Part shown: positions 48,894 through 59,554 of the stretch, piece by piece
Layout of the letters: each line of letters opens with the position of its first letter
How positions within the stretch are numbered: the stretch's first letter is position 1
Assembly: GCA_034669905.1 (NCBI GenBank)
Contig: JAXMOL010000009.1
Coordinates: 32,001 to 96,000 of the forward strand
DNA: 64,000 nucleotides
Direction of reading: 5' to 3'
From: Candidatus Hydrogenedentota bacterium
GTDB taxonomy: Bacteria > Hydrogenedentota > Hydrogenedentia > Hydrogenedentales > JAEUWI01
Position numbers and translations under genes: made by a program
The notes under the pieces: generated by a model
What the model was told of the DNA's origin: nothing
The model's input: the letters and a program-made list of their open reading frames with translations, nothing else
Database searches by the model: none

Positions 48894-50600
48894 CTAGGGA
48901 GACGGCACGAATTCCCGGCTGCCGATATCCGGTGCCGCACCGTGGGGTGCCGCTGGCGCCGACGATCCCTCGTGAAGCGCTGACAATGCCTCGCCGGCAT
49001 CGATGAGGGGACTTCCTGGTGTTGGCCCGAAGTGTTCGGACAGCTTGGGGTCGTCGAATACGCTGTGGCTCTCGGGGGCCAGACCGGTCGAATCGCCTCC
49101 CGCGTTTTGAAAATATCCGTTGTAGTCCGAGTCGATGCCGGTACCGCCCGATTGAACCGCGAGTCCCGGACCCCGGTTTTCCATCAACAGATTGTTCCGC
49201 ACAACGAGCTCGGAAACCGACTGTTTTACCAGTATGCCCGTATCGGCTCCCCGCACAAGATTGTTTGCCAGGGTCAGCCCCCGGGCTTCCTGGACACCAA
49301 TACCCGCATGGGGATGTTGGCCCGGTCCGGTACCATGAATCTGATTGTAGGCAACCAGCACCTCCGACGCCGCGCTGAATTGCCGTACCCGCAGGGCTTC
49401 TTTATCGAGGTCATCACCGAGACACACGTTTTCAATGTGGTTTCGAAGGACCGCCACCTGGAGACGTGCGCCATAGTGCTCCAGCTCCTGCACCATGATG
49501 GCCGTGCCGCCAAGTCCTGAAAACGAGTTGTCTGTAATGCGGACCGACGTCGCGGTTGCCGCAGGCCGCCAGATGACCACGCCTTCATCGGCCAGGGCCC
49601 CGTTGTTCCCCACAAAGGTGCAGCCCTCCACCGTGCGCACCCAGCCGTTGTAGTCATTCATGATGGCCGCGTGGTCGTCGCCGCCACCCTGCAACGTGGC
49701 CGTAAAGGTGCAGCCTGAAATATCCACCGGGCCGCTCTGTTCAGCAATCACCTGGATGGCATAGGCGCGCTGATGCAGCAGATTCCAATCGTCAAAAGTG
49801 GAGTCTGCCACCACGCCATCATTCGAGCCGTGCTGGAACTGTATGTGATTGCCGGGGCTTCCCGAGAAATGGCATTCCTCTACCCGCAGGCCATCACTAT
49901 CCCACGCGAGGAGGGTGATGTTGCGACCATGGCCCATATCCAGCTGGCGAAAGGTGATGTGGTCTGCTTCCAGCGGGCCAATGACAAATTCCCGCACGGG
50001 AATTTCAATGGTCGAAGCAGACTCGGCCGGATTTCGATCCAAGTGCACATAGAGACGTTTTCGGGCCTGGTCGAAGTAAAAATCCCAGGGGGCCGACAGG
50101 TCCTCTCGGGCGCTGCGGCGGGTGCCGTGCGCGCCATCGTGTATGAGCATGCCCGGCGGGTGTGTGATACCCAGGAGATACCACCGTCCTTCCGCATCGC
50201 GATGCCATTCCGCAGGGGTGTCGAAAGTATTGGAGCCCCGTAGAGCGGGCGGGGCACCTTCGCCATAGGCCCCAATGACGATGGGCTGTTCGGCCGTGCC
50301 CGACTGGGCAACGTCGAGAGAGGCCCGCCATATCTGCCCCCGGCGCAACAGCACCTGGTCTGCGGGGCGTAGCGGCGCGCGCCGCACGGCGGAGAGGGTT
50401 CGCCAGGGGGCTTCCGGAGAATTTCCAGGATTTCCGTCCCGCCCGATTTCCTGGTCGACGTAATACGTGCGGCTACCCTCGAATGCAACGGATTCGGCGA
50501 CAATGACCCGTTCGCGTTCCTGCTGCATGGTGGAGAGAACCCACCCTACGCCAATCGCCAGGACAATCACGATCAATAGATAAGGGAGTGCTCGGCCCAT
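48894..50600 (-). CDS. Right-handed parallel beta-helix protein (pectate-lyase-like) with N-terminal membrane anchor
   Basis: YYVD...G.D.N.G.SP..PWRTL start, beta-helix repeats, and SPLIDAG...PDIG end. Confidence 0.8.
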   Translation of the reverse strand: MGRALPYLLIVIVLAIGVGWVLSTMQQERERVIVAESVAFEGSRTYYVDQEIGRDGNPGNSPEAPWRTLSAVRRAPLRPADQVLLRRGQIWRASLDVAQSGTAEQPIVIGAYGEGAPPALRGSNTFDTPAEWHRDAEGRWYLLGITHPPGMLIHDGAHGTRRSAREDLSAPWDFYFDQARKRLYVHLDRNPAESASTIEIPVREFVIGPLEADHITFRQLDMGHGRNITLLAWDSDGLRVEECHFSGSPGNHIQFQHGSNDGVVADSTFDDWNLLHQRAYAIQVIAEQSGPVDISGCTFTATLQGGGDDHAAIMNDYNGWVRTVEGCTFVGNNGALADEGVVIWRPAATATSVRITDNSFSGLGGTAIMVQELEHYGARLQVAVLRNHIENVCLGDDLDKEALRVRQFSAASEVLVAYNQIHGTGPGQHPHAGIGVQEARGLTLANNLVRGADTGILVKQSVSELVVRNNLLMENRGPGLAVQSGGTGIDSDYNGYFQNAGGDSTGLAPESHSVFDDPKLSEHFGPTPGSPLIDAGEALSALHEGSSAPAAPHGAAPDIGSREFVPSP

Positions 50601-50601
50601 C

Positions 50602-52143
50602 TCAGTGCTCCTGTTCTCCGTCTACACGACGTCCGATAAACCGCCACACAGCGTCCCGGTCCGTGGGGGAAAGACCGAATGAATACATGTAAGTATATAC
50701 CGCTACCACGATTCCGAGGGCAATACCCTTGGCACCCAGCGAGGCGTCCCAGGAGAGCTGGCTGAGCGCTGCACCAGCGACCAGGAAAATCAGGGCGTTG
50801 CGGGTAGCCCGATGGCGCACGAGGAGCTTCCCGTCAAGCCAGCCCCGAAGATGGCAGTAATAGAGCAAAAGGGCACAGTCCAGCGTAACGCGCACCGACC
50901 AGGCGAATGCGACACCCGCAAGGCCGCCATAGTGGTACCCGAAGACCAGCAGGGCCAGGTGGATGGGGAACTCGATGAGATGAAACTTTGCCGTGATATC
51001 CGGACGCCCACAGCCTTGGACAATGGAGTAGGGAATAAAGGCAAGGGCGTTCAACACGAATCCCGGAAGGAGAATGCGAAAAACCGAAACGCTGTGGGGC
51101 AGGTAGTTCTCGCCAAAGAAGAGCCAGACTATCCATGGGGCGCCTGCGGCAAGCATCACCCCAACCAGCCCCATAATACAAATCAGAAAATGAAGGGCCT
51201 GAAGACTCAGCTGCTGTAGTTTGTCATTGGCCTGGGCACTGTCTAAGGCGCTGATCGCCGGGAAGAGGGTGCTGGTCAAGGTCCCGGGTATGATCAGCAG
51301 GCGTTCGACAATCTGGAAGGGAGCCGCGTAATACGCCACCTGTCCCATGGAGCCCAGCGTTCCCAACAGGAAACGGTCGGCATACAAGAGCGCCGGTGCC
51401 AGCAGATTCGACACCGTCACCCACTTGCCAAAGTGCACCAGGGGCATCAAGCTGGCCACGGTGGGGCGGGGTCGCCGAAAGAAGCCGGGGACAATGCGGC
51501 CACAGGCCACGAAAAGAAGCCCGGTAAGCACGATGCGCGAGACGAGGAAAAGCCCGAAAAACAGTGCGAGCGTACCTTCAATCCAGGCTACCCAGAGGAT
51601 TAGTAACAGGCTCAAGACGTTTATGGGAGCCCGCACCGCATTAAGCAGGTCAAAACGTTGGTACGCCTCGAGCGCCCCGGCGAAGGAAAACTCGGTGAGC
51701 GAAAGCACAATCGTGCCTGCCAGGAAATAGAATACGTAGCGCGCCTCCGAGTGCAGCTCGTCGGGAATCGCAAAGACGTGGGCAACGAGGTAGGGGGTGA
51801 CCGCAATCAGGAGAGCCCCACCCAGCAGCCCCAGCAGGGTCTGGAGTCCAACGGCGCTCCAGATCAACAGGGGAACTTCCTCTTCCCGATTCGACGCCCG
51901 GTAGGCGGCACCATATCTTGCCACGGCCCGCCCCAGCCCCATGTCGAAAACAAAAAAGGACGAGATAATGGCAAATCCAATGGCGAATAGCCCGAAACGT
52001 TCTTCCCCCAGAAATCGCACAATGAACGGCGTGGTCGCCAGACCCACCACCAGGGGCAGGCCACGTCCCAGTAAATTGTAGACGGTGTTTCGGGCGATAC
52101 GTTGGCCATCGCCGTGGGCCTCGGCGTCGTTATCGTGGGTCAT
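50602..52143 (-). CDS. wzx: Polysaccharide flippase Wzx
   Basis: RNTVYNLLG, LGEERFG, DMGLG.A..RY and DRFLLG motifs; many TMs. Confidence 0.9.
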   Translation of the reverse strand: MTHDNDAEAHGDGQRIARNTVYNLLGRGLPLVVGLATTPFIVRFLGEERFGLFAIGFAIISSFFVFDMGLGRAVARYGAAYRASNREEEVPLLIWSAVGLQTLLGLLGGALLIAVTPYLVAHVFAIPDELHSEARYVFYFLAGTIVLSLTEFSFAGALEAYQRFDLLNAVRAPINVLSLLLILWVAWIEGTLALFFGLFLVSRIVLTGLLFVACGRIVPGFFRRPRPTVASLMPLVHFGKWVTVSNLLAPALLYADRFLLGTLGSMGQVAYYAAPFQIVERLLIIPGTLTSTLFPAISALDSAQANDKLQQLSLQALHFLICIMGLVGVMLAAGAPWIVWLFFGENYLPHSVSVFRILLPGFVLNALAFIPYSIVQGCGRPDITAKFHLIEFPIHLALLVFGYHYGGLAGVAFAWSVRVTLDCALLLYYCHLRGWLDGKLLVRHRATRNALIFLVAGAALSQLSWDASLGAKGIALGIVVAVYTYMYSFGLSPTDRDAVWRFIGRRVDGEQEH

Positions 52144-52319
52144 GGGCGTTTCGATAGGGCAATGGGGGATTCCGGTTGGCCGTTGGAAGGGGCACATGCT
52201 ACCATGTACCTACCGTTTGTAAATGGTACAGACGCCATCATACCCGCTCGTGTCGGTGGAATCTAGCCGTCCCGGTTACGGGCATGCCCTACATTCACTG
52301 TCTCCTGAAAGCGATTGAC

Positions 52320-53306
52320 ATGCGTAAGATTCTGATTACCGGCGGAGCCGGATTCGTGGGCCGCCATTTCTGCAAGCGTTTTCTCGACCAGGGGGACGAA
52401 GTCCACTGTGTGGACAGCGTCGTGGACCTGACGGGCGGCATTCTCCCCGAGGCAGGTTGGCCACTCTTCGACCCCCGTGACTATCCCAAATTCCACTTCT
52501 ATCACGAAGATTGTCGCGCCTGGTTTCAGCGGGTGGACGATACCGACTTCGACCTTGCGTTGCCCCTGGCCGCCATGGTCGGTGGCCGCATGATGATTGA
52601 GCACAATCCCCTGGCCGTGGCCGACGATCTGGCCATCGACTCCATGTTCTGGCAGTGGGCCGTCAAGGCCAAGCCCGCCCGCACCTGCTACTTCAGTTCC
52701 AGCGCCGCCTATCCCATTGCCCGGCAGACACGGGACCATTACGAGCTGCTGGTCGAAGACATGATTGAGTTTAAAGACAATATCGCCATGCCTGACCTGA
52801 CCTACGGATGGGCAAAGCTCACGGGAGAATACCTGGCCCGCCTCGCCTATGAGAAGCATGGCCTCAAATGTGTCTCCTACCGGCCTTTTTCCGGCTACGG
52901 CGAAGATCAGGACGACAATTACCCCTTTCCCGCTATTTGTAAACGGGTAATCCGGGAGCACGGCGCCGAGACCATCCAGGTGTGGGGCACGGGCGAGCAG
53001 ATGCGCGATTTTATACACATCGAAGACTGTGTTACCGGGGTTCTGACGACCATGGAATCCATCGACAATGGAGACGCCATCAATCTTTCCACCGGTATCC
53101 TGACGAACTTCAAAGACATGGTACGCATGGCGGCGAAGGAACTCGGCTATGCGCCAGAGGTGACAGGCACGTCCACCCGCCCCGAAGGGGTCTTCGCCCG
53201 GGGAGGCGATACAAAAAAACAGAAATCGCTGGGCTTTGAAGCGGCCACCGATTTCCAGACCGGAATCCGTAATGCCCTCGCGTATTTTCAGGCCCAGGAC
53301 ACCTGA
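52320..53306 (+). CDS. NAD-dependent epimerase/dehydratase
   Basis: ILITGGAGFVG, YGWAK and RDFIHIED motifs. Confidence 0.92.
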   Translation: MRKILITGGAGFVGRHFCKRFLDQGDEVHCVDSVVDLTGGILPEAGWPLFDPRDYPKFHFYHEDCRAWFQRVDDTDFDLALPLAAMVGGRMMIEHNPLAVADDLAIDSMFWQWAVKAKPARTCYFSSSAAYPIARQTRDHYELLVEDMIEFKDNIAMPDLTYGWAKLTGEYLARLAYEKHGLKCVSYRPFSGYGEDQDDNYPFPAICKRVIREHGAETIQVWGTGEQMRDFIHIEDCVTGVLTTMESIDNGDAINLSTGILTNFKDMVRMAAKELGYAPEVTGTSTRPEGVFARGGDTKKQKSLGFEAATDFQTGIRNALAYFQAQDT

Positions 53307-53322
53307 CCACGACGTCCCGAAA

Positions 53323-53589
53323 TCAGGCCTGATACCAGACCCGGATGAATTGATTCCAGGTGGTCGAACGTTCGTCGCTCTGGCGTAACGAAGTGTCGGT
53401 GGAACCCTCTTCGCGACGGGAGCGCATGTTGGGTAGTACGACGGTTTCGATGTTAATGACAGTCACCTTTGCGCTTTCTATCCAGCTGCCCGCCTCGTTC
53501 ACTGCATCTTCGAAGGACGCGTATTGGGCCGCACTCAGAAAGCCCCCCTCGGACAATTGTCTGGGGGCAAAGTCTTTAAACTCAATCAT
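53323..53589 (-). CDS. Hypothetical protein (88 aa)
   Basis: Fills the gap downstream of the sulfatase; GAGG upstream. Confidence 0.6.
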   Translation of the reverse strand: MIEFKDFAPRQLSEGGFLSAAQYASFEDAVNEAGSWIESAKVTVINIETVVLPNMRSRREEGSTDTSLRQSDERSTTWNQFIRVWYQA

Positions 53590-53665
53590 GGCTTCAGCCT
53601 CGGTGTTATGCGTGTGTCAGTTGGACTTGCTGTGAGAGCCGCCACGAATTGGGGCCACAAACACA

Positions 53666-55120
53666 CTACCGGTACGGGTTCGGCTCCCATTCGTAACGGC
53701 GCTCCGCGTCAAAGGCTGGATTCGGAACGGGGTTCTGCGCATCGGTGCGCGTCTGCCAGTCCTTCAATGCCGCTTTCATTTCGTTCGTTTTTTCCGGATA
53801 GCTGAAACGGAGGTCGGTCATTTCGTTCACGTCGTACCGAAGGTTGTAGAGTTCCACATCCCCGGACACCAGATTCTCGACGATTTTCCAGTCACCCTTT
53901 CGCAGGGCGGACATGGGTTGCTCATGGTGATAAACCGGATAGTGGGTAAACACTTCCCGTTCGGGGTCAACGGTGTTGTTTGTCAGGGCAGGGAGCATCG
54001 AGAACCCATCCAGCACCTGTTCGGATGGGGGTTCCGTACCCGCCACGTCCAGGAAGGTGGGATAGAAATCCACGCTCGATACGATGGCCTCTGACTGGGA
54101 GTTGGCGGGTATCTTTCCCGGCCATCGGACGATTAAAGGAACCTGAATGCCGCCTTCGTAGAGCGTCCCTTTGCCGGCCCGCAAGGGTGCATTCGACGTG
54201 GCAATGTATTGCAGGGGATGCCCCTCGGGGTAGACATCCTTACTCTTGCCGCCCAATAGGGGGATGTTGTCGTAGCGGTTGTCAACGCCGCCATTGTCGG
54301 AGTAGAAAATAAATATCGTATTGTCTGCCAGGCCAAGTTCATCCACGGCACGCATGAGGGCACCGACACTTTTGTCCAGATGTTCTATCATGGCCGCATA
54401 GACGGCATTGCCGGGATAATCCGGGTCCCGCTTTTTGTTCAGGTATTTATTGATCAGGTCCCGATCCGCATCCAGCTGAACGTGGACGTCGTAGTGCGAT
54501 ACGAATAGAAAGAAGGGTTCCTTCTGGTGTGCTTTCATGAATTCGATGCCCATGTCACTGAGCGTATCACTCAGGCGTTGGCCTTTCCCGCCCTCGTAGG
54601 CAGGTACGAACTTGGGATTGTAAAAGCCACCGCCACGATAGACGTGGGCCTGGTCGTAGCCCCGCGCCTCGGGCGAATGCTCACCGCCACCCAAATGCCA
54701 TTTCCCGAAGTACCCGGTTTTGTATCCCGCCGCCTGCATCGCATCGCCGATGGTTCGAATATCCCCCGGTAAGTGTTGGACCTTGTGGTGGGGGACAGTG
54801 ACTTCCTCGTAGGGGCGCCAGTGGCCGGGGATAAAATCGAAGATGCCGACCCGTGCCGGATATTGTCCCGCCTGAATGCTTGCCCGCGTCGCCGAGCAGA
54901 CGGGGGCTGCATAGGCGTTGAGAAAGCGCATGCCCTGGGTGGCCAGTTTGTCGATATGGGGGGCTTCGTTGAAGGCGTTGCCATAGGCCGGTAAATCTCT
55001 TCCGCCCAGGTCATCCGCCATGATTAAGACGATATTGGGACGTTCCTGGGCGGGGGTCACCATAGTGCCCAATACCGAGGCGAGAAGGAGAAGCAGTGTT
55101 TTTCGAGTGAGACGTATCAT
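53666..55120 (-). CDS. Secreted sulfatase (arylsulfatase A-like)
   Basis: RPNIVLIMADDLG, CSATR, GKWHLG, SDNGG and GKGTLYEGGI.VP motifs. Confidence 0.93.
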   Translation of the reverse strand: MIRLTRKTLLLLLASVLGTMVTPAQERPNIVLIMADDLGGRDLPAYGNAFNEAPHIDKLATQGMRFLNAYAAPVCSATRASIQAGQYPARVGIFDFIPGHWRPYEEVTVPHHKVQHLPGDIRTIGDAMQAAGYKTGYFGKWHLGGGEHSPEARGYDQAHVYRGGGFYNPKFVPAYEGGKGQRLSDTLSDMGIEFMKAHQKEPFFLFVSHYDVHVQLDADRDLINKYLNKKRDPDYPGNAVYAAMIEHLDKSVGALMRAVDELGLADNTIFIFYSDNGGVDNRYDNIPLLGGKSKDVYPEGHPLQYIATSNAPLRAGKGTLYEGGIQVPLIVRWPGKIPANSQSEAIVSSVDFYPTFLDVAGTEPPSEQVLDGFSMLPALTNNTVDPEREVFTHYPVYHHEQPMSALRKGDWKIVENLVSGDVELYNLRYDVNEMTDLRFSYPEKTNEMKAALKDWQTRTDAQNPVPNPAFDAERRYEWEPNPYR

Positions 55121-55299
55121 ATCCACCTTTCAATGAAGCGTCTTGAACTAGGGGTCGGAGTACGTATTTTTTCTGAATACGATACTCGATCGCACGGGTA
55201 CGATTCACGGTGAAGGTAGGAGAATGGGTATGCCGCGCACGTTACCCGGTGCTGCCGCATGGCCGGTGCGCCGGAATCAGCCCAACGGTCCCTGCCCGC

Positions 55300-56754
55300 T
55301 CAGCCGTCGCTCTCTCTTGCCGGGTTCACGCTTTCATTACTCAGCGCCACCGCCATGGCCATCCAGAAAATCATGCCCAAGGGAAACATGGAGAACATGC
55401 TCACGGTAAAGTTCACCAGCACGAAGCCCACGATTCCCACAAGGGCCGCCATAATCCACCGCTGCTGTTCCGGTCGGGACTGACGCAGGTTTTGGACGCC
55501 GCGCCAGATTCCCCGAAAGATGAGAAGCAAAATGAGCCCACTGCCGATGGCGCCGAATTCGAAGAGTATGCGTGCGTAGTGTAGATCCGGCTCTTGAATG
55601 ATACGGGTCGTGTTATTGTAGGTGACTTCAATATCGGCATAATTGAACGCGTTGGGGCCGTAGCCGAAGAAAATGCGCGCCGACTGTACCCGCTCCCAAA
55701 CGGCTTCAAAAACGACCACACGATAGTATTCGGTCGAGCCTTCTTCCACTTTACTGGGGTTGATAAAAGGCTCGAACAGGTCCTGCACCGTTTCGTTGAG
55801 CTGGTAGGCGAGGAAAGCAGCGCCGACGGCGATACACCCCAGGGTCACGATAAAGGCCATGCGGCGGAGGTCCCGGCGGCACTCCCAAAGCACGAGGCCC
55901 CCAACCTCCATGGCGAGGATAATCCAGGGGGCCCGGCTCACCGTAAAGAGCGCCGCAACCAGGATGGCCGTCCCGAGCACGGCGAGTGCCACCCGCACTT
56001 CGTTACGTCGTGTATTGAGAAAATCGACCACCACAAAGGGAAAGACGAGGTTCAGAAAACAGGCATAGGCGATGGGGTGAAAGAAGGTTGACCGTGCCCG
56101 TAAAATGCCGGCCCGAAAATCCAGCCAGCCATCCGGGATAAAGGGTACCAGGGGATTGGTGCCCGCATAGACCTCCACATAGGCCAGCAGACAGGTGATG
56201 AACGTCGCGATATAGAGGGCGGTTCGCAGGCTTTTCCAGAAGCCGGGAACCTGCAGAAAGTAAAGAAACAGGTAGAAAAAGAGCAACTGCTCCAGAATCT
56301 CCCGACCGAAGACTGCATAGATACTCACGACCGGAGCCACGGAGACAAAGGTGCTCACCAGCGAGGACGCGATGTAGAGGCAGGCCCCGCCAAACAACGG
56401 CCAGACGGCACGGTATCCGGGAATGAGCGTGCCATAGACCAGCAGGCGCAGAAAAAGACCCAGCAGGAAAGCCCCCATGAAGATGCGGGTGGGCCCAATG
56501 CGCGGAAGTGGTCCCACATCGACGGACAGGTCCAGCGTTACAAGTACGGAAAAGCCGAGTAGCGTGAGAAAAACCGGGATGGGCCGGAGAAAGGACACGA
56601 GTGTGAGTAAAAAGAAGAATGCCACGCCAATTGGGATGACAAGCAGATCATTAGCCGTGCTGATGAGGACCGAGGCCCCGAGCGCCAGGAAAAAAAGGCC
56701 AATGGCGATTTGGCCGGGCAAACGGCTCGGTGTTTGAGAAGACGTAGCTTCCAT
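55300..56754 (-). CDS. O-antigen ligase/Wzy-like polymerase
   Basis: Multi-TM; RARSTFFHP, SRAPW, GYGP and H..Y..ILFEFG motifs. Confidence 0.82.
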   Translation of the reverse strand: MEATSSQTPSRLPGQIAIGLFFLALGASVLISTANDLLVIPIGVAFFFLLTLVSFLRPIPVFLTLLGFSVLVTLDLSVDVGPLPRIGPTRIFMGAFLLGLFLRLLVYGTLIPGYRAVWPLFGGACLYIASSLVSTFVSVAPVVSIYAVFGREILEQLLFFYLFLYFLQVPGFWKSLRTALYIATFITCLLAYVEVYAGTNPLVPFIPDGWLDFRAGILRARSTFFHPIAYACFLNLVFPFVVVDFLNTRRNEVRVALAVLGTAILVAALFTVSRAPWIILAMEVGGLVLWECRRDLRRMAFIVTLGCIAVGAAFLAYQLNETVQDLFEPFINPSKVEEGSTEYYRVVVFEAVWERVQSARIFFGYGPNAFNYADIEVTYNNTTRIIQEPDLHYARILFEFGAIGSGLILLLIFRGIWRGVQNLRQSRPEQQRWIMAALVGIVGFVLVNFTVSMFSMFPLGMIFWMAMAVALSNESVNPARESDG

Positions 56755-56810
56755 GGATGCTCAGTTTTTCCCTTCGGATATCCGTGATACAACCGGAACG
56801 ATTCGGGAGC

Positions 56811-57593
56811 TCACGGGGTCCCGGGCTTTCCCGTCAGGCCCAGGCGCTTACAGACTACGGCATAGCCGACCCGCCATACAAAAGGGAGGTCTTCCACCAG
56901 ATAGCGCCGCACCAGACGGCCCGGATCCTGAAACATGCGGTAGAGCCATTCGAGCCCGTTGTCTCGCATCCAGCGGGGGGCCCGGGGCAACGCTCCACTA
57001 ATGATATCAAAGGCCGACCCGATACCGATACCCACATGGGCACCGGACGCATCCAGATGATCCCGTATCCACCGCTCCTGCTTGGGGGCACCCAGGGCCA
57101 CCAGCACCATGGCCGCACCAAATTCCCGCACGGCCGTCAGTAATTCCTCATTCGCTTCGTCCGTGAGGGGGTAAGGCGTGGGAAAGGCCTTGAGACGGGC
57201 GCCGGGGTAGCGTTCTTGCATCGTTTCGGCGGCCTTGACGGTAATGTCATACTGGGCGCCAATCATTGCGATGCCCACATTGAGCTGCTCCGAGAGGGCG
57301 GCACACTCCCAGACCATATCGGTACCGCTGACCCGGCCTTTGAGGGGCGTGCCCAGTCCTGCCGCGGCCCACGTCACCGGTACGCCGTCACAGATGACCA
57401 GCCCGCAATCGTGAAAAATAGCGGAGAAGTCCGGAATCTGTTCCGCCTTGATGACCATGTCCACATTGCCGACGCATACATGGAGGCGTTCGCCACTGGA
57501 TAATGCCTGTCCGATCCGTTCCGCCGCCTCGTCAAACGTGACGGCGTCAAAGGGGCAGCCAAGTACCTCAATTCGTTCGGGGGGAGTGGTCAT
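56811..57593 (-). CDS. WecB/TagA/CpsF-family glycosyltransferase
   Basis: CDGVPV, RVSGTD, LGAPKQERWI and RAPRWM...GLEWLYR motifs; ATGA overlap with the upstream gene. Confidence 0.93.
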   Translation of the reverse strand: MTTPPERIEVLGCPFDAVTFDEAAERIGQALSSGERLHVCVGNVDMVIKAEQIPDFSAIFHDCGLVICDGVPVTWAAAGLGTPLKGRVSGTDMVWECAALSEQLNVGIAMIGAQYDITVKAAETMQERYPGARLKAFPTPYPLTDEANEELLTAVREFGAAMVLVALGAPKQERWIRDHLDASGAHVGIGIGSAFDIISGALPRAPRWMRDNGLEWLYRMFQDPGRLVRRYLVEDLPFVWRVGYAVVCKRLGLTGKPGTP

Positions 57594-58531
57594 TCGGAGG
57601 CACCTTTCGAAAAGTGGAGGGCCAACAGCTGAAAAAATGTTCGCCAACGCACGGGCTCTGGTCGCAGATTCCTCTCCCGCCAGCACTGGCGGGCGGCCGT
57701 CCAGCCGGTTAACAGGGTGCCGACGGAACCTTCCCGGCGCAGCACGGTACGAAGGGTCATAGAGGCTACCCGCAGCAGACTGAAGATCAATCCAGCGCCC
57801 CGGGGATAGGCGTGCCAGTAGATCAATACGCCGTTCTTCAGTTCCACTACCCGCCGCTCGATGGCGTTACGGCGCCCGCGGGGATCGGGATAGTGACGTA
57901 CGGCCGCTTCAGGCCGATAGCGTACCCGCCAATTCCGGTCCAGCAAGCGCAGTGCCAGGGCTTCTTCCTCGCGGGAATACTCAATGATTTCCCAAAAACC
58001 GCCACAGGCCTGATAGGCCTCTGCCCGAACACAAAAGCCCGCACCGGCGAAGGTAAAGGTATCAAAGGGTTCGTCGAACCACCTTTCGACGGGGCGGCGG
58101 TAGACCCAGCAAAAGGGATCGGCCTCGTCCTCGTCGCCGGCCCGAATCTGGCAGCCCACGAGGCCAAGGGCCGGATCCTGCGTAAAGCGTTGCCGCAGCG
58201 TTTCCGCCACGTCCGGTCCCACCAGCGTGGCATCGTTGTCCATAAAAAAGAGCAATTCTCCGGTGGCCAGAGACGCCGCCAGATTGCGGGAGTGGGGGAC
58301 CCCCGCCGGCGCACAGGAATGGCAGATCACGTCGATGCCAAGGGCTTCCAGCGCGACCGTCTGGCGCGCGATAACTTCCGCCGAATCGTCCGTCGACTCC
58401 GCATCCAGCAGCACGACCTCCAGGGGGCGGGCCTGCTGCGTGGCGATGGACGCCAGGCAGCGTTCCAGACAATCGCCGCGATTGCGGTTGTGCACCAGAA
58501 TGCTGATCCCCATGACACTATCCGCGTTCAT
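57590..58531 (-). CDS. Glycosyltransferase family 2
   Basis: LERCLASI, DAESTD, SRNLAA and FFMDND motifs. Confidence 0.88.
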   Translation of the reverse strand: MNADSVMGISILVHNRNRGDCLERCLASIATQQARPLEVVLLDAESTDDSAEVIARQTVALEALGIDVICHSCAPAGVPHSRNLAASLATGELLFFMDNDATLVGPDVAETLRQRFTQDPALGLVGCQIRAGDEDEADPFCWVYRRPVERWFDEPFDTFTFAGAGFCVRAEAYQACGGFWEIIEYSREEEALALRLLDRNWRVRYRPEAAVRHYPDPRGRRNAIERRVVELKNGVLIYWHAYPRGAGLIFSLLRVASMTLRTVLRREGSVGTLLTGWTAARQCWRERNLRPEPVRWRTFFQLLALHFSKGASE

Positions 58532-59549
58532 GGGCCTTATCCGGGGCGAAGGGCACGGGCTCGGCGTCGAAGCGGGCGCGGGCCTCCTGGATGCAACGGG
58601 ACTTGCTGGAAATGCACCATCGGAGCATAGTAAAGGATACGTCGAATCGGGTGAAGAGTCGCTTGCGAATGTGGGGGTTGACGGCCAACGGAAGGGCGAG
58701 GACGTAGAGCATGATCCGAAACAGGTTTCCAAGGGCCAGCACCAGGGTGAAGGTCTGGGCGGTCCGCAAGGAACGGTAACGCCGAAAATACATCCACGGT
58801 GCCTGGCCATCTTCCAGGGCCAACAGGAAGCGGGCGATGGGGGAGAGGGCCGCACTTTCGCCACCGAGATGGGTTACCCGGGCGGCGGGTTCATAGCCAC
58901 ACCGTTTACCCGTGGCATTGACCTTGCCGCAGAGGTCCATGTCTTCGAAATACATGGGCAATTCATCATCAAATCCCCCGACTGCGTGGAAGCGTGCCGC
59001 TTCCATAAACATGGCCGCCCCGGTGAGGCACTCCACCTCCTGCGACGTGACCCGCTTGGAAGGGTGGAGGTAGGCCGCGCCAAAGACCGGATGGCCCGGA
59101 AACAAGGTGCGGAGCCCCAGATAGCGAAAGCAGGTGTTTCGTAGCGACGGAAAAGACCGGGCATCCACCACCACGGAGTGCCCCGCTTCGTCACAGATAG
59201 AGGGTCCCACGATGCCCAGTTGCTCGTCGCCGACTAAGCGAGTACGCAGCAGGGCGATGGCATTATTTTCCAACCGCGCGTCCGGGTTCAGGAAGAAAAG
59301 ATACTGCCCGTTGGCCTGCGCTGCGGCCAGGTTGTTCGCCTTTGGAAAGCCCAGATTCGCCCCCATGAGCAACAACCGAACCTCGGGATACTGGTCGGCT
59401 ATCAAGGAGACCGTCTCATCGGAGCTGCCATTGTCCGCAACGATTATCTCCAGGATCTCCTCACTGCCATGACGTTGGAGGCTCTCCAGACAGGATGCTA
59501 TGCAGCCGGCGGAATTCCACGTGACAATGATGACGGAGACATCCGGCAT
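58518..59549 (-). CDS. Glycosyltransferase family 2
   Basis: VSVIIVTWNS, DNGSSD, NLGFPKANN, FLNPD and GGFD..MYFED.D motifs. Confidence 0.92.
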   Translation of the reverse strand: MPDVSVIIVTWNSAGCIASCLESLQRHGSEEILEIIVADNGSSDETVSLIADQYPEVRLLLMGANLGFPKANNLAAAQANGQYLFFLNPDARLENNAIALLRTRLVGDEQLGIVGPSICDEAGHSVVVDARSFPSLRNTCFRYLGLRTLFPGHPVFGAAYLHPSKRVTSQEVECLTGAAMFMEAARFHAVGGFDDELPMYFEDMDLCGKVNATGKRCGYEPAARVTHLGGESAALSPIARFLLALEDGQAPWMYFRRYRSLRTAQTFTLVLALGNLFRIMLYVLALPLAVNPHIRKRLFTRFDVSFTMLRWCISSKSRCIQEARARFDAEPVPFAPDKAHERG

Positions 59550-59554
59550 GACCG

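Noticed and set aside
48725..49006. 93-aa plus-strand ORF
   Set aside because: Overlaps the 3' end of the beta-helix gene and has no recognisable features.
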